A stretch of 64,000 nucleotides of DNA, taken from positions 736,001-800,000 of the forward strand of contig OY729416.1 in the NCBI GenBank assembly GCA_963422265.1, read 5' to 3'. The notes under the pieces were generated by a model. It saw only the letters and a list, made by a program, of their open reading frames with translations. It was not told the DNA's origin and did not search any database. Position 1 is the stretch's first letter, and every line of letters begins with the position of its first letter. The position numbers were made by a program, and so were the translations under genes. This document shows positions 1 to 9,860 of the stretch, piece by piece. Source of the DNA: Thermodesulfobacteriota bacterium. GTDB lineage: Bacteria; Desulfobacterota_D; UBA1144; Nemesobacterales; UBA2774.

Positions 1-785
1 AAGATCTAGGATTTTACTGCGTCGATAACTTGCCTTTGGCTCTTCTTCCTAAGTTTATCGAACTTTGCAACGCTGCTGATAAGGGTATAGATAAGGTGGC
101 TATGGTTATTGATATTAGGGAAGGAGTCTTCTTTGACCTCGCGCCCGGATTCATAAAAAAACTAAGAAAAGAGGGCTACCTAATAGATGTTATATTCCTA
201 GAGTCATCTGACAGGGTCCTAATTAAAAGATACAAGGAAACGAGACGGAAGCATCCCCTTGCCAAAGATGGAAATACTATTAAAGCCATATCCAAAGAAC
301 GAGAAATGCTCAAGGAGCTAAAAGACCTTGCCAATTACCAGATTGATTCATCAGAACTCAGTGTGCACCAACTAAAAGATATTATAATAAATAAGTTTAG
401 CAAATCGACACCTTACAAGACTATGATAAACATCCTATCTTTCGGCTATAAGCATGGACTTCCTTATGACGCGGACATTATTGTTGACATTCGGTTCCTG
501 CCTAATCCTTACTTTATAGACGGCTTAAAAAATCTAAATGGAACTGATCGCGAAATCCAAAACTTCGTGCTCGGTAAAGAGAATTCTATCAAATTTATAG
601 AAAAATTTACGGAATTTCTTGAATTCCTAATTCCTCAATACGAGCAGGAAGGCAAATCCTATCTGACCATAGGCATAGGTTGCACTGGCGGAAGGCATCG
701 CTCGGTAGTAATAGCGAATGAAATAGCCGAGCATTTTAACAGATTATCACCAACAATAAGGCATAGGGATATCAGTAAGAGTTAA
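1..785 (+). CDS. rapZ: RNase adapter RapZ (5' truncated by window edge)
   Basis: Frame is open from base 3 (DLGFYCVDNLP); contains SFGYKHG, DIRFLPNPY and IGCTGGRHRSV motifs. Confidence 0.95.
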   Translation, partial: DLGFYCVDNLPLALLPKFIELCNAADKGIDKVAMVIDIREGVFFDLAPGFIKKLRKEGYLIDVIFLESSDRVLIKRYKETRRKHPLAKDGNTIKAISKEREMLKELKDLANYQIDSSELSVHQLKDIIINKFSKSTPYKTMINILSFGYKHGLPYDADIIVDIRFLPNPYFIDGLKNLNGTDREIQNFVLGKENSIKFIEKFTEFLEFLIPQYEQEGKSYLTIGIGCTGGRHRSVVIANEIAEHFNRLSPTIRHRDISKS

Positions 786-796
786 GGAGAATAGAT

Positions 797-1210
797 ATGG
801 TAGGTATTGTGGTCGTAACTCATGGGAAATTGGCAACCGAGCTTGTATCCTCAGTGAACTTCGTTTTATCATCAAGTTCCGCCGTTAAAATACAAGAGGT
901 TTGTCTCAATCCGGATATGGAGTTTGAAACTTTTAAGCAAGAAATAAAGAAAGCTATAAGAAAATTCAAACAAAAAGACGGTATTCTCTTGGTAACCGAT
1001 ATGTTTGGCGGAACACCATCAAATATAAGCCTAACCTTTCTTGAAGAGAAAAAGGTCGAGGTAATATCGGGAGTAAACCTTCCGATGCTCCTTAAGCTAG
1101 CCACCTTGCCCAATGAAACTAGCCTAGATCAAGCAGTTAAAATTGCCGAATCGGCAGGGAGAGATAACATTATTGTCGCAAGCAAACTCTTACAAAAGGG
1201 GGATTCATGA
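797..1210 (+). CDS. PTS system mannose/fructose-type IIA component
   Basis: IVVVTHG, TDMFGGTPSN and SGVNLPML motifs; typical position downstream of rapZ. Confidence 0.9.
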   Translation: MVGIVVVTHGKLATELVSSVNFVLSSSSAVKIQEVCLNPDMEFETFKQEIKKAIRKFKQKDGILLVTDMFGGTPSNISLTFLEEKKVEVISGVNLPMLLKLATLPNETSLDQAVKIAESAGRDNIIVASKLLQKGDS

Positions 1211-1289
1211 CAAAATGATTCTGGTATAATATCGCTTTATTGTCCATAGGCTTAAATTAACCAAATAAAAGGTATAACAAGGGGAAAAC

Positions 1290-1619
1290 ATGACCAAAGA
1301 AGACATAGAGAAAATAATAGAATCCTGGAAAAACCATTTACTTACTGGTGAATTAGAGAATTATAAACTAGAAATCGGCAAAGACGTATCTCAAGAATTC
1401 GCAGCTATAGCCCTATACCTAGATTCAAGAACGGTTAAAGCTTCGGGAGAGATTGAAGAATACTACGAAGGTTACAGAAGTGCTGCCCTTGACATCCTTA
1501 ATTTAATTGGTGTTGACATAGCTCAGGATGACCAGCTAAAAGTAATCTCTCTTTATAAAAAGGAGCCAGAGGATGACAAGGAGGAAGAACTCAAACGAAA
1601 TATCTGGGGATCCCAATGA
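1290..1619 (+). CDS. hypothetical acidic protein
   Basis: 109-aa ORF, AAGGGG SD-like sequence, ATGA overlap with next gene. Confidence 0.7.
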   Translation: MTKEDIEKIIESWKNHLLTGELENYKLEIGKDVSQEFAAIALYLDSRTVKASGEIEEYYEGYRSAALDILNLIGVDIAQDDQLKVISLYKKEPEDDKEEELKRNIWGSQ

Positions 1620-2434
1620 AGCTAGCAGACCTATTTGATTGCTTTCTTATAGATCTAGACGGCGTTATATACGTTGGCGACTCGCCCACGCCCAGTTCTG
1701 TGGAAACAACAAAACATCTGCTAAAAAATAATAAAGCCATTACTTTCTTAACAAACAATCCTGGCAAAACTTATTCTCAGTATTTACAAAAACTCAATAA
1801 AATGGGTATTGAGGAAAAAAATCTGAGAATAATTACCTCGTGCACGGCGCTTGCCCAATACGTAAAATCCAAATTTGGAAACCTGCAAGATAAAAGAGCA
1901 TTCGTCGCAGGCAGCGATGCCCTTAAAGAGGAGATTAAACTCGCAGGGCTTAACCTCATAAGCGGCGAGGAGGCTAAGAAAGCTAATATCGTCATCTTCG
2001 GTGGACATCCTGACTTTAACTATGAAGAGATGAAGATTGCGACGCTTGCCCTCTCAAATGGCGCTCACTTCTTTGCCACCAATCGTGACCACGCCTACCC
2101 GACTCAGGAGGGATACGTTCCCGCCACGGGAGCGATGCTCGCCTCTATAGAAACAGCTTCGGGTAAAAAGGCTATATGCGCTGGCAAACCGGAGGCTATT
2201 ATGTTTAAGATCGCACTGGGCAACTTTGACAATAAGAAAGAGAAAATAGCAATAATTGGCGATCATATACCTACGGACATTGAGGGAGGCAAAAAGGCAG
2301 GAATCACAACCATACTCGTCCTTTCAGGACTGACCAAGGAAAAAGAGTTAAGAAACTCGGCAATTAAGCCCGATTACGTAATAGAACGTCTTGGTGATTT
2401 ATTAGACGAGAATTATCTAAAATACGTGCAATAG
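1616..2434 (+). CDS. HAD-IIA family hydrolase (NagD-like)
   Basis: DLDGV, TNN, GKP and IGDxxxTDI motifs. Confidence 0.9.
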   Translation: MKLADLFDCFLIDLDGVIYVGDSPTPSSVETTKHLLKNNKAITFLTNNPGKTYSQYLQKLNKMGIEEKNLRIITSCTALAQYVKSKFGNLQDKRAFVAGSDALKEEIKLAGLNLISGEEAKKANIVIFGGHPDFNYEEMKIATLALSNGAHFFATNRDHAYPTQEGYVPATGAMLASIETASGKKAICAGKPEAIMFKIALGNFDNKKEKIAIIGDHIPTDIEGGKKAGITTILVLSGLTKEKELRNSAIKPDYVIERLGDLLDENYLKYVQ

Positions 2435-2479
2435 GTTGCTAAGAAAACCATTTAATCAAGCCAGGAACAAGATTGCATT

Positions 2480-3226
2480 TCAACGCGACGGGAGGGTTTT
2501 ATGCTTTTTGTTAAAACCGAACAAATCAATAAAATCGCTAAATACTAGCTTACTAAGCTCTTTTAGCCGCTCTATGAATAATGGCGTATCGCTTCTTATA
2601 ATATCAGAATCTATTACTCCATTAGATTCCTCTATCTCCATTTTATTCTCAGGAACGTCAAGCCACCTATCTACCATCGGCTCGTCAACTTCCAGATGAA
2701 ACTGGAATCCGTAAACTTTATCTCCGTAACGGAATGCCTGGTGCTGACATAATGGAGAATACGCTAAATGCACAGTTCCCTTAGGAAGCTCAAAAGTATC
2801 GCCGTGCCACTGAAATACTCTTTCTACGTCCTTGAAATTAGACATTAAAGGATCGGTCTTGCCCTCTGCGGTAGGAGATACATCATACCACCCGATCTCC
2901 TTCTCTAGGTTTCTAGCAACCATAGCTCCAAGCGCTTTTGCCAGTAATTGAGAACCAAGACAAATACCTAATACAGGAAAGTCTCTCTGCACCGCTTCCC
3001 CTATTAGCTTCACTTCGTTTTCTAAATTGGGATATTGATCAACCTCGTTAACGTTCATGGGGCCACCCAGAACAATTAACCCATCATAACCGTCTAGACT
3101 AGGCTGCAAGTAAGGGTAGCGTTCAAAATTAACGTATTTAATCCTGAACCCAGAGTTTCTCAAGAGGGGATCAAGCGTCCCCAGTATCTCGTGCGCAACG
3201 TGCTGGAATACTAAAAGTTTAGGCAC
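2480..3226 (-). CDS. class I glutamine amidotransferase
   Basis: LGGPM, GICLGSQL nucleophile elbow, QFHLE. Confidence 0.9.
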   Translation of the reverse strand: MPKLLVFQHVAHEILGTLDPLLRNSGFRIKYVNFERYPYLQPSLDGYDGLIVLGGPMNVNEVDQYPNLENEVKLIGEAVQRDFPVLGICLGSQLLAKALGAMVARNLEKEIGWYDVSPTAEGKTDPLMSNFKDVERVFQWHGDTFELPKGTVHLAYSPLCQHQAFRYGDKVYGFQFHLEVDEPMVDRWLDVPENKMEIEESNGVIDSDIIRSDTPLFIERLKELSKLVFSDFIDLFGFNKKHKTLPSR

Positions 3227-3328
3227 AAAGGTAAATCCCTAATTTAGCATTGCTAAAGTTATGATACGGATACTACTAATTGTTTTTCTGGCAATTGTTT
3301 AGATTCTTATGGAATCAAATCGGATAAC

Positions 3329-3787
3329 TTATTCCGCCTTCAGATACATTACGACGTCTTCCTGAATCGACTCGTCCACTAAAATTCTCCAATCGTCATT
3401 ACCTTCGGTAATCGCATTTCTAATTTTCGTAGCAGAAATCCACCCTATGTCTTGTGGAGGGAAGAACTCGTTCATTTCATATCCCACTCCCCTACCCCAA
3501 TTAACGGACTCTATGTCCGGTATTGCCATTACCACCACGTCATCACCCTTGCTCTTATGGTACTTCTCAATCATGCTTATAGTTTGCTGAGTCGTAAAGG
3601 GATTTTTATCATCAGGGGGAATATCCCTTACCATAATAAGGCAAGGAACTCCTTTATCTAATTTCTGTTGAACTAAACTCACGTGTCCCTTATGATAGGG
3701 CTGATATCTACCGATAAAAATGGCTCTCCTGTCCTTGGAAGGCTTAATATCAGAATGCCCATGATTTGTAAAAGTCCATTCACTCAT
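3329..3787 (-). CDS. HxGH-type nucleotidyltransferase (cytidyltransferase-like)
   Basis: GRYQPYHKGH, KNPF and ISATKIR motifs; GAGGAG SD. Confidence 0.8.
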   Translation of the reverse strand: MSEWTFTNHGHSDIKPSKDRRAIFIGRYQPYHKGHVSLVQQKLDKGVPCLIMVRDIPPDDKNPFTTQQTISMIEKYHKSKGDDVVVMAIPDIESVNWGRGVGYEMNEFFPPQDIGWISATKIRNAITEGNDDWRILVDESIQEDVVMYLKAE

Positions 3788-3894
3788 TTCGAGTCTCCTC
3801 TAATTTATATTATGTTAAGATTCGCTTAATACCGCTATGGAGAGTTCCGTTCAGATTCAAACCTGAAAATACCTAACTCTAAAATAAGGTGGAT

Positions 3895-3922
3895 ATTATA
3901 CCAGTTCACGCGATTTTTTCAA
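3895..3922 (-). promoter_or_regulatory. sigma70-like promoter for the nucleotidyltransferase
   Basis: Minus strand TTGAAA-16 nt-TATAAT with TG extension. Confidence 0.55.
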
Positions 3923-4069
3923 GAGAATAGTAGGTAACTACCTCCCCTTTGCATAAGTTTGACGCAAGGCGAGTTTCTAGCTATTCTGTCAATTGCTTAG
4001 AATATACCAACAGCTAAGTCGTATAAGCTTATGGCAATCACCAAAAACTATTAAGGAGGTTTGTGAAAC

Positions 4070-4369
4070 GTGAGTGAAGAAAAGAAAAAAGAGCCCGAGA
4101 GACAAGGAGAGTTAAAAATGGACTTTTCTGCTTTTATTCTGTCGCTAAACGCTTCCTCGCTTATCCACTTAGGAGAACTCCCCGACCCGCAACTAAGAGA
4201 GAGGTCGGTTAACCTGCCAGCCGCAAAGCACACGATTGAGATACTTGAGATTATTAAGGATAAGACTATTGGAAACTTAGATGACGAAGAGAGCAAGCTC
4301 CTTGTAGATATCCTTTATAACTTGAGAATGAAGTTCTTACAGTACGCTTCGCCTAATGATAAGAAATAG
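4070..4369 (+). CDS. DUF1844 family protein
   Basis: DFSAFILSL..LIHLGELPDP..NLPAAKHTI..KTxGNL pattern; AAGGAGG upstream. Confidence 0.8.
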   Translation: MSEEKKKEPERQGELKMDFSAFILSLNASSLIHLGELPDPQLRERSVNLPAAKHTIEILEIIKDKTIGNLDDEESKLLVDILYNLRMKFLQYASPNDKK

Positions 4370-4558
4370 AACGTCAACATAATATGTATGATTGGGTGGG
4401 CTCACCATAGGCGCAGATGAACGAAGATAAAAGATATTAAAAACAGAGAAATCCGCAACCCCGCTTCGCTCCATTAGGAATGACACTTGCATACCTTATT
4501 TAACTCTTACCTAACTTTACCCCTTAAATATGAACGGCAAACGCGCGCACCTAGTCCG

Positions 4559-5461
4559 CTAATCCAACCGTGAAAGACGTAAGAACGCTCTGAACCTAGT
4601 ATCTATCTCTTCCTTTTCCAATTTTGCGAGTCTTCTAACACTAAAATCTTCAACCGTAAACGAAGCTATTACGCTTCCATATACTATAGCGTTCTTAAAA
4701 CCTAGCGCGGTAGTCGCTTCACGATTCGCCACGTAACCCATGAACCCTCCGGCGAAAGTGTCCCCTGCACCCGTAGGATCAACAACCTTTTCTAGGGGAT
4801 AACTTGGAGCCCAGAAGACTTCTTGCCCCGAAAACATAAGAGCGCCGTATTCCCCCCTTTTCACAATGAGAGACCTAGGACCCATATCGAGCACAGCCTT
4901 AGCGGCATTTGTAATTCTAGGCTCGCCCGCAAGCGCCCTTGTTTCTGAGTCGTTAATCATAAGTATATCTATGTTTCTTAGCACTTCCCTAAGCTCGTTT
5001 GGCTTGTTCTCTATCCAGTAATTCATAGTATCGCAAGCAACCAGCTTAGGACTATCTATCTGCTTTAACACGTTTAATTGCAACTCGGGATCTATATTGG
5101 CGAGAAAAACATATTCCGCATTCCGGTAGCTCTCAGGAATAACCGGATCAAAATCCTGAAACACGTTGAGATACGTGCCCAATGTCTCCGGATCTCCGAG
5201 ATCATATCCATATCTTCCCTCCCACCTGAAAGTCTCTCCCGATGCTTTAGCAACACCTTCGAGCCCTATGCCTTTAGACTTAAAAAGCTCTAAATACTTA
5301 TCAGGAAAGTCCCGTCCCACAACGGCGACTACCCCTGCTTTGGTAAATGCGCTTGCTGCGAGCGAGAAATAAGACGCCGACCCCCCAAGAATACTTTCCT
5401 CTTTACCAAACGGGGTCTCAACCGCATCAAGCGCCACGGATCCAACTACCAGTAATTTCAT
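4559..5461 (-). CDS. PfkB family carbohydrate/nucleoside kinase
   Basis: GGSA and DPTGAGDTFAGG signature. Confidence 0.9.
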   Translation of the reverse strand: MKLLVVGSVALDAVETPFGKEESILGGSASYFSLAASAFTKAGVVAVVGRDFPDKYLELFKSKGIGLEGVAKASGETFRWEGRYGYDLGDPETLGTYLNVFQDFDPVIPESYRNAEYVFLANIDPELQLNVLKQIDSPKLVACDTMNYWIENKPNELREVLRNIDILMINDSETRALAGEPRITNAAKAVLDMGPRSLIVKRGEYGALMFSGQEVFWAPSYPLEKVVDPTGAGDTFAGGFMGYVANREATTALGFKNAIVYGSVIASFTVEDFSVRRLAKLEKEEIDTRFRAFLRLSRLD

Positions 5462-6315
5462 CTTATATACCTCTCTATCAGAATTCCGAGACGAGATTTA
5501 ACCTCTTCGGATATAGTTTCCTTAGACGTGATTATTGCATTTTCAAGGGCGCACTCACAAAGACATTTCCTTTTTTCACTAATCAGTGGGACAACTTGCC
5601 TTATTATACTCTTTGATAAATCAACGTTCTTATGCAAAGTTTCAATTAAACTGTCAACGGTAACGTCTTCATGCCCCTCGTGCCAACAGTCGTAGTCAGT
5701 CGGCATTGACAGGCTAGCGTAACAAATCTCGGCTTCACGGGCAAGCTTAGCCTCAGTCGCGTTCGTCATACCAATTACATCCACGCCCCACTTTCTATAG
5801 ATTCCACTTTCGGCTCTTGAAGAAAACTGAGGACCTTCCATACACATATAGGTCCCCCCGAAGTGAACCGTCGCCCCTAGTTGCTCTGAAGTCCTACGTA
5901 AATCTTCAGAGAGCACCGCGCAGACCGGATCAGCCATAGAAACGTGTGCTGCTATGCCACCACTAAAAAACGTCGATTCCCTTTTTTTTGTATTATCATA
6001 AAACTGTAAAGGAATGACCACGTGGCCGGGGGATATTGCCTCTTTCATACTTCCGACGGCGCTTGAGGAAATAAGCCAATCTACACCAAGCTTCTTCATA
6101 GCGTAGATATTAGCTCGATAGTTGATCTCAGAAGGCATTATCCTATGCCCCTTTCCATGCCTAGACAAAAACACCATTCTGGTATCTACAAGTGATCCAA
6201 CGACGAGTTGGTCCGAAGGTTTGCCCCAGGGAGTATCAACCGAGATGAATTCAACGTCGGTCAACCCATCCATTTCATAAAGCCCGCTCCCACCAATTAC
6301 GCCTACTGTTTTCAT
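5458..6315 (-). CDS. mtnP: S-methyl-5'-thioadenosine phosphorylase
   Basis: IGGSGLY, RHG, MEGPQFS, IGMT, TDYDCWH. Confidence 0.92.
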   Translation of the reverse strand: MKTVGVIGGSGLYEMDGLTDVEFISVDTPWGKPSDQLVVGSLVDTRMVFLSRHGKGHRIMPSEINYRANIYAMKKLGVDWLISSSAVGSMKEAISPGHVVIPLQFYDNTKKRESTFFSGGIAAHVSMADPVCAVLSEDLRRTSEQLGATVHFGGTYMCMEGPQFSSRAESGIYRKWGVDVIGMTNATEAKLAREAEICYASLSMPTDYDCWHEGHEDVTVDSLIETLHKNVDLSKSIIRQVVPLISEKRKCLCECALENAIITSKETISEEVKSRLGILIERYIR

Positions 6316-6343
6316 AGCTACCCCCGAGTTGAAAAATGACTAT

Positions 6344-6997
6344 CTAAACCTGTTGAAAAACTAATATTACCCTCTTTTGACACCCAAAAGGAAGGGTTAT
6401 GCCCTTGCGCTCTACGAGCGTAAAGTTTTGATTCTCTTCCTCAATTCTATCAGTCCAGTAGCTGTCCTGGACATCATCCTTTCCCCTCATAAGAACGATA
6501 AAACCCCTATCGGATATATAAGGAGCGCTTAGTCTAATTACATCTATCGGGCTGCCCACCGCTCTTGTAACTACGTAATCAAATCCCCCCCTAGGAAGGT
6601 TATTATTTAGGTCCTCTGCCCTACCCCAGACTGCCTTAATCTCCTTGAGTCCGAGATTTCTTACAACTTCCTTCATAAATAGAACTTTCTTATAAACGGA
6701 ATCGAGCAAAGTTACCTTTAGAGAAGGGCGAACGATCTTTAGTGGTATCCCTGGAAATCCCCCCCCAGAACCTATATCGAGAACGCTTGACCTTTTATCT
6801 ATGAAAGGAGCGACGGACAGGGAATCCAGAAAATGACTTATCACAATACCTCTCTCATCAGTAATACTTGTAAGATTCATTTTTGCATTCCACAATTTAA
6901 GGAGATTAAAGTAGAGAGTGAAGAGCTCTAGCTCGCCGTCAGCGATCCTTATGCCAAGCTCAAACGAGCCTTGCTTGAGAAGTTCATTGGGATTCAA
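6344..6997 (-). CDS. rsmG: 16S rRNA m7G527 methyltransferase
   Basis: WNAKMNLTS, HFLDSL, DIGSGGGFPG, RA motif. Confidence 0.93.
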   Translation of the reverse strand: MNPNELLKQGSFELGIRIADGELELFTLYFNLLKLWNAKMNLTSITDERGIVISHFLDSLSVAPFIDKRSSVLDIGSGGGFPGIPLKIVRPSLKVTLLDSVYKKVLFMKEVVRNLGLKEIKAVWGRAEDLNNNLPRGGFDYVVTRAVGSPIDVIRLSAPYISDRGFIVLMRGKDDVQDSYWTDRIEEENQNFTLVERKGITLPFGCQKRVILVFQQV

Positions 6998-7797
6998 TCC
7001 ACGCGCCTTATTTGGATCGGATGATCTACTATTATACCGGGGGTGCCTTTGTACATTTTCACTCTTCCTATAACTTCAACTTCCCTGCCATTATAGTATT
7101 TAGACGGATATATATCAAAGAACTCAAAATTAGCCCAGTCATCTCTGAAAATTACGGCGTCAAACTCACCGTTCATGCTTAGCACCAACACTTTATTTGA
7201 TATTCTAGCGCCAGAAACACGTCCTCTTACAACAACTCTTTTCCCGTTATAGCGACTAGCATCCGTGGCATCTATGATAAATTGCCGGTTCCTTGACGGG
7301 TAGTTAAGCGTGGCAGGATCTCCCCATATACCTCTTTTATTCCGTTTAGCCCGCCTGAGCGCATCGTTAATAATGTCTTTACGTTTCATGTTTGGCTTAA
7401 TAAATAAAGCAGTAGCCAACCCGTTAGCTACAAGCTCTTGGCTAACTAAAATGCCGTCAACGTAAACGTATGCGAGCTTCCTTCCATAAGCATCATACTT
7501 TTCCTTGTCAAATTCAATCCTGACGCTCTTGCCTCCCACCAGTTTTTTGTTAAATTCCAGGGCTTCTTTGGCTAGAGGTTCACCAGGAGAGTGAAGTTTC
7601 GCAATCTCAGGAGTGTCTATTCCCAGATACCTGACATGAGATTTATTAGCATCATCTATTATTACAGTGTCTCCATCAACTACATCTAACACCTTATAGT
7701 CGAACGTTTTTCCCTCTTCCGCCCCTGAGAAAAAATAGAGACCTAAGAGAATAAGCAAATGAGGTAAAATCAAAGCGAGCTTCTTAGTACCTCTCAC
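6994..7797 (-). CDS. thermonuclease (SNase) family protein with N-terminal membrane/signal segment and C-terminal OB-like domain
   Basis: VVDGDT, RYLGIDTPE, DAYGRKLAY motifs. Confidence 0.88.
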   Translation of the reverse strand: MRGTKKLALILPHLLILLGLYFFSGAEEGKTFDYKVLDVVDGDTVIIDDANKSHVRYLGIDTPEIAKLHSPGEPLAKEALEFNKKLVGGKSVRIEFDKEKYDAYGRKLAYVYVDGILVSQELVANGLATALFIKPNMKRKDIINDALRRAKRNKRGIWGDPATLNYPSRNRQFIIDATDASRYNGKRVVVRGRVSGARISNKVLVLSMNGEFDAVIFRDDWANFEFFDIYPSKYYNGREVEVIGRVKMYKGTPGIIVDHPIQIRRVD

Positions 7798-7818
7798 GCC
7801 TGCTCCTTAATCTTATAC

Positions 7819-8991
7819 TTACCTACTATTACTTGAAGAAACCTTGCCCGACTCACAAAAGGTGAACAGCGCAAAACCCACCAACACCATACATCCAGCG
7901 ACTAAATACATAACATCATAACCAAAGTCTCTCGCTATTATACCTATTGGAAAAGCAAGGAAATTTATCCCCACACTATAAGAAGCGTTGAACGCCCCCA
8001 TGGCTTTCCCTCTTTCGTCATCTCTTGTTTTATCAATTACGAGGGCACTAAGCGTGGGATATAAAAAACCGTAACCGACGCTGAAAAAGAGCGATACCAA
8101 AACCGTGCTTAATGGAGACTCTACAAAATACATGGCGGCGAGCGATACTGAGACCGCAAGGAAACAAGGTGATGCGATTGCCTTCCTTCCCCAATTATCA
8201 GATATCCGCCCTCCAAATATTCTCGTTACCATTACTGCTATCGTATAGGTCAGGAAGAAATAGGAAGCAGCTAATCCCTTTGAACTTAGAAAAGTAGCAA
8301 CGAAGTTTAGTATAGACCCAAGACCACCCGCCATGATCAAGTTTGATACTAGTATAAAGGAAAATCTTTTAGATAATATCAAATGAAAAAATCCTATAAC
8401 GTATCCGTCGGAAGAGACTCTAAAACTTCCGTCCTTAGCAAAAACTGTGATTGCAAACGCTAATAGACTGAAAACCGAGGCATAAATAAAAAAATATTGG
8501 AAACCGAAAAGCTCAATCGCAAACTCTCCCAATGACGGACCTATAGCATAAGACGCAATCGTGAAGGCGCTAAATATTCCGAGCCCCTCCGCCCTTCTTT
8601 CGGGAGGAATATAATCCGTCACGAACGTCCCAGCTGACGTAAATGAAAACGCGAATGACAAGCCTTGTATAAACCGCAATATATAGAAAAAAGGTGATAA
8701 ATGAGATATAAACAGGTAGCATAAGGATGCTAAAAACATCACCGCATAGCCCAAGAGCATAAACCTTCTCCTTCCATACCTATCCACCAAATAGGAAACG
8801 AAAGGAATCGCTCCCAACGAGGTAACGCCGAAGGACCCCATTATAAAACCTATATGCGCCTCATCCCCCCCTAAGTCCTTTATATATAACGGGAGTAAAA
8901 AGAATGATGAAAAGGTGCAGAAAAATAGAAAGTTCGCAATTGTCGCAAGCGTAAAATTCTTGAATTGAGCTTGAGAAGAACGGGTGCGCAT
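7819..8991 (-). CDS. MFS transporter
   Basis: About 12 hydrophobic segments; DRYGRR and SDNWGRK motif A copies. Confidence 0.9.
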   Translation of the reverse strand: MRTRSSQAQFKNFTLATIANFLFFCTFSSFFLLPLYIKDLGGDEAHIGFIMGSFGVTSLGAIPFVSYLVDRYGRRRFMLLGYAVMFLASLCYLFISHLSPFFYILRFIQGLSFAFSFTSAGTFVTDYIPPERRAEGLGIFSAFTIASYAIGPSLGEFAIELFGFQYFFIYASVFSLLAFAITVFAKDGSFRVSSDGYVIGFFHLILSKRFSFILVSNLIMAGGLGSILNFVATFLSSKGLAASYFFLTYTIAVMVTRIFGGRISDNWGRKAIASPCFLAVSVSLAAMYFVESPLSTVLVSLFFSVGYGFLYPTLSALVIDKTRDDERGKAMGAFNASYSVGINFLAFPIGIIARDFGYDVMYLVAGCMVLVGFALFTFCESGKVSSSNSR

Positions 8992-9066
8992 AACTTTCCC
9001 AAAACCAGATAGATTGAGAACGTATTATAACTTTATTAAAGGGAAGGAAAAATACCTCCAGCTTCT

Positions 9067-9094
9067 TTGACAATGCGTAACTACATGATATGCT
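9067..9094 (+). promoter_or_regulatory. sigma70-like promoter of the tRNA pair
   Basis: TTGACA-16 nt-TATGCT with TGn extension, 16 nt upstream of tRNA-Lys. Confidence 0.65.
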
Positions 9095-9110
9095 CTTGTT
9101 TCTAATTAAC

Positions 9111-9183
9111 GAGCCGTTAGCTCAGTCGGTAGAGCAACTGCCTTTTAAGCAGTGGGCCGCAGGTTCGAATCCTGCACGGCTCA
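9111..9183 (+). tRNA. tRNA-Lys(TTT)
   Basis: Acceptor GAGCCGT/ACGGCTC, anticodon arm ACTGC-CTTTTAA-GCAGT, T-loop GTTCGAATC; CCA not encoded. Confidence 0.96.
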
Positions 9184-9193
9184 TTCTTAAAAA

Positions 9194-9268
9194 GTCCCCA
9201 TCGTCTAGCCTGGCCTAGGACATCGGCCTTTCACGCCGAAAACAGGGGTTCAAATCCCCTTGGGGACG
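9194..9268 (+). tRNA. tRNA-Glu(TTC)
   Basis: Acceptor GTCCCCA/TGGGGAC, anticodon arm TCGGC-CTTTCAC-GCCGA, T-loop GTTCAAATC; CCA not encoded. Confidence 0.96.
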
Positions 9269-9293
9269 TGTGACTTAGCCAGGCTTAAACCTA

Positions 9294-9845
9294 TTATCTA
9301 ACCAGCCTAGATATGCTCTTAAACTCATCCGTGCCCGCACGCTCTAAAAGCTGAAAAACGAATGCCTCCATAGTTCCTATGGTAGCACCCGATCTTTCTA
9401 TCAGGCTCATCCCCTTTTCCCAATCAAGCCGACGCCTTGAGATCACCGCGTCCGCAGGCACATATACGGAGTAGCCCTTATTTATAAGATCAATTGCAGT
9501 CTGAAGCACGCACACGTGCGTCTCTACGCCGCATAGTAGCACTTCACGCTTGTTAATTTCATTGATTGCCGATTCAAATTCAGGAGATCGCACACAACTG
9601 AAAACAACTTTTTCTATGGGAGAAAAGTTGTCAACCGATTCTCTAACTTCCTGTATCGTAGGACCTAAGCCTTTCGGATACTGCTCGGTAACCGTAACCG
9701 GAATATCCAAAATCTTGGCTGCCTCAAGCAGTATCTTTATGTTTTTCACGTTCGTCCTAGCTACGTCTTCAGGCATCGCCCCCATCAGTCTTTCTTGAAC
9801 GTCAACAACTACAAACGACGTCTTGTCTTTACTTATAAAATCCAT
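9294..9845 (-). CDS. isochorismatase family hydrolase
   Basis: VVDVQERL, TEQYPKGLG, GVETHVCV motifs. Confidence 0.9.
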   Translation of the reverse strand: MDFISKDKTSFVVVDVQERLMGAMPEDVARTNVKNIKILLEAAKILDIPVTVTEQYPKGLGPTIQEVRESVDNFSPIEKVVFSCVRSPEFESAINEINKREVLLCGVETHVCVLQTAIDLINKGYSVYVPADAVISRRRLDWEKGMSLIERSGATIGTMEAFVFQLLERAGTDEFKSISRLVR

Positions 9846-9860
9846 AATAAGCCTCCTTAG

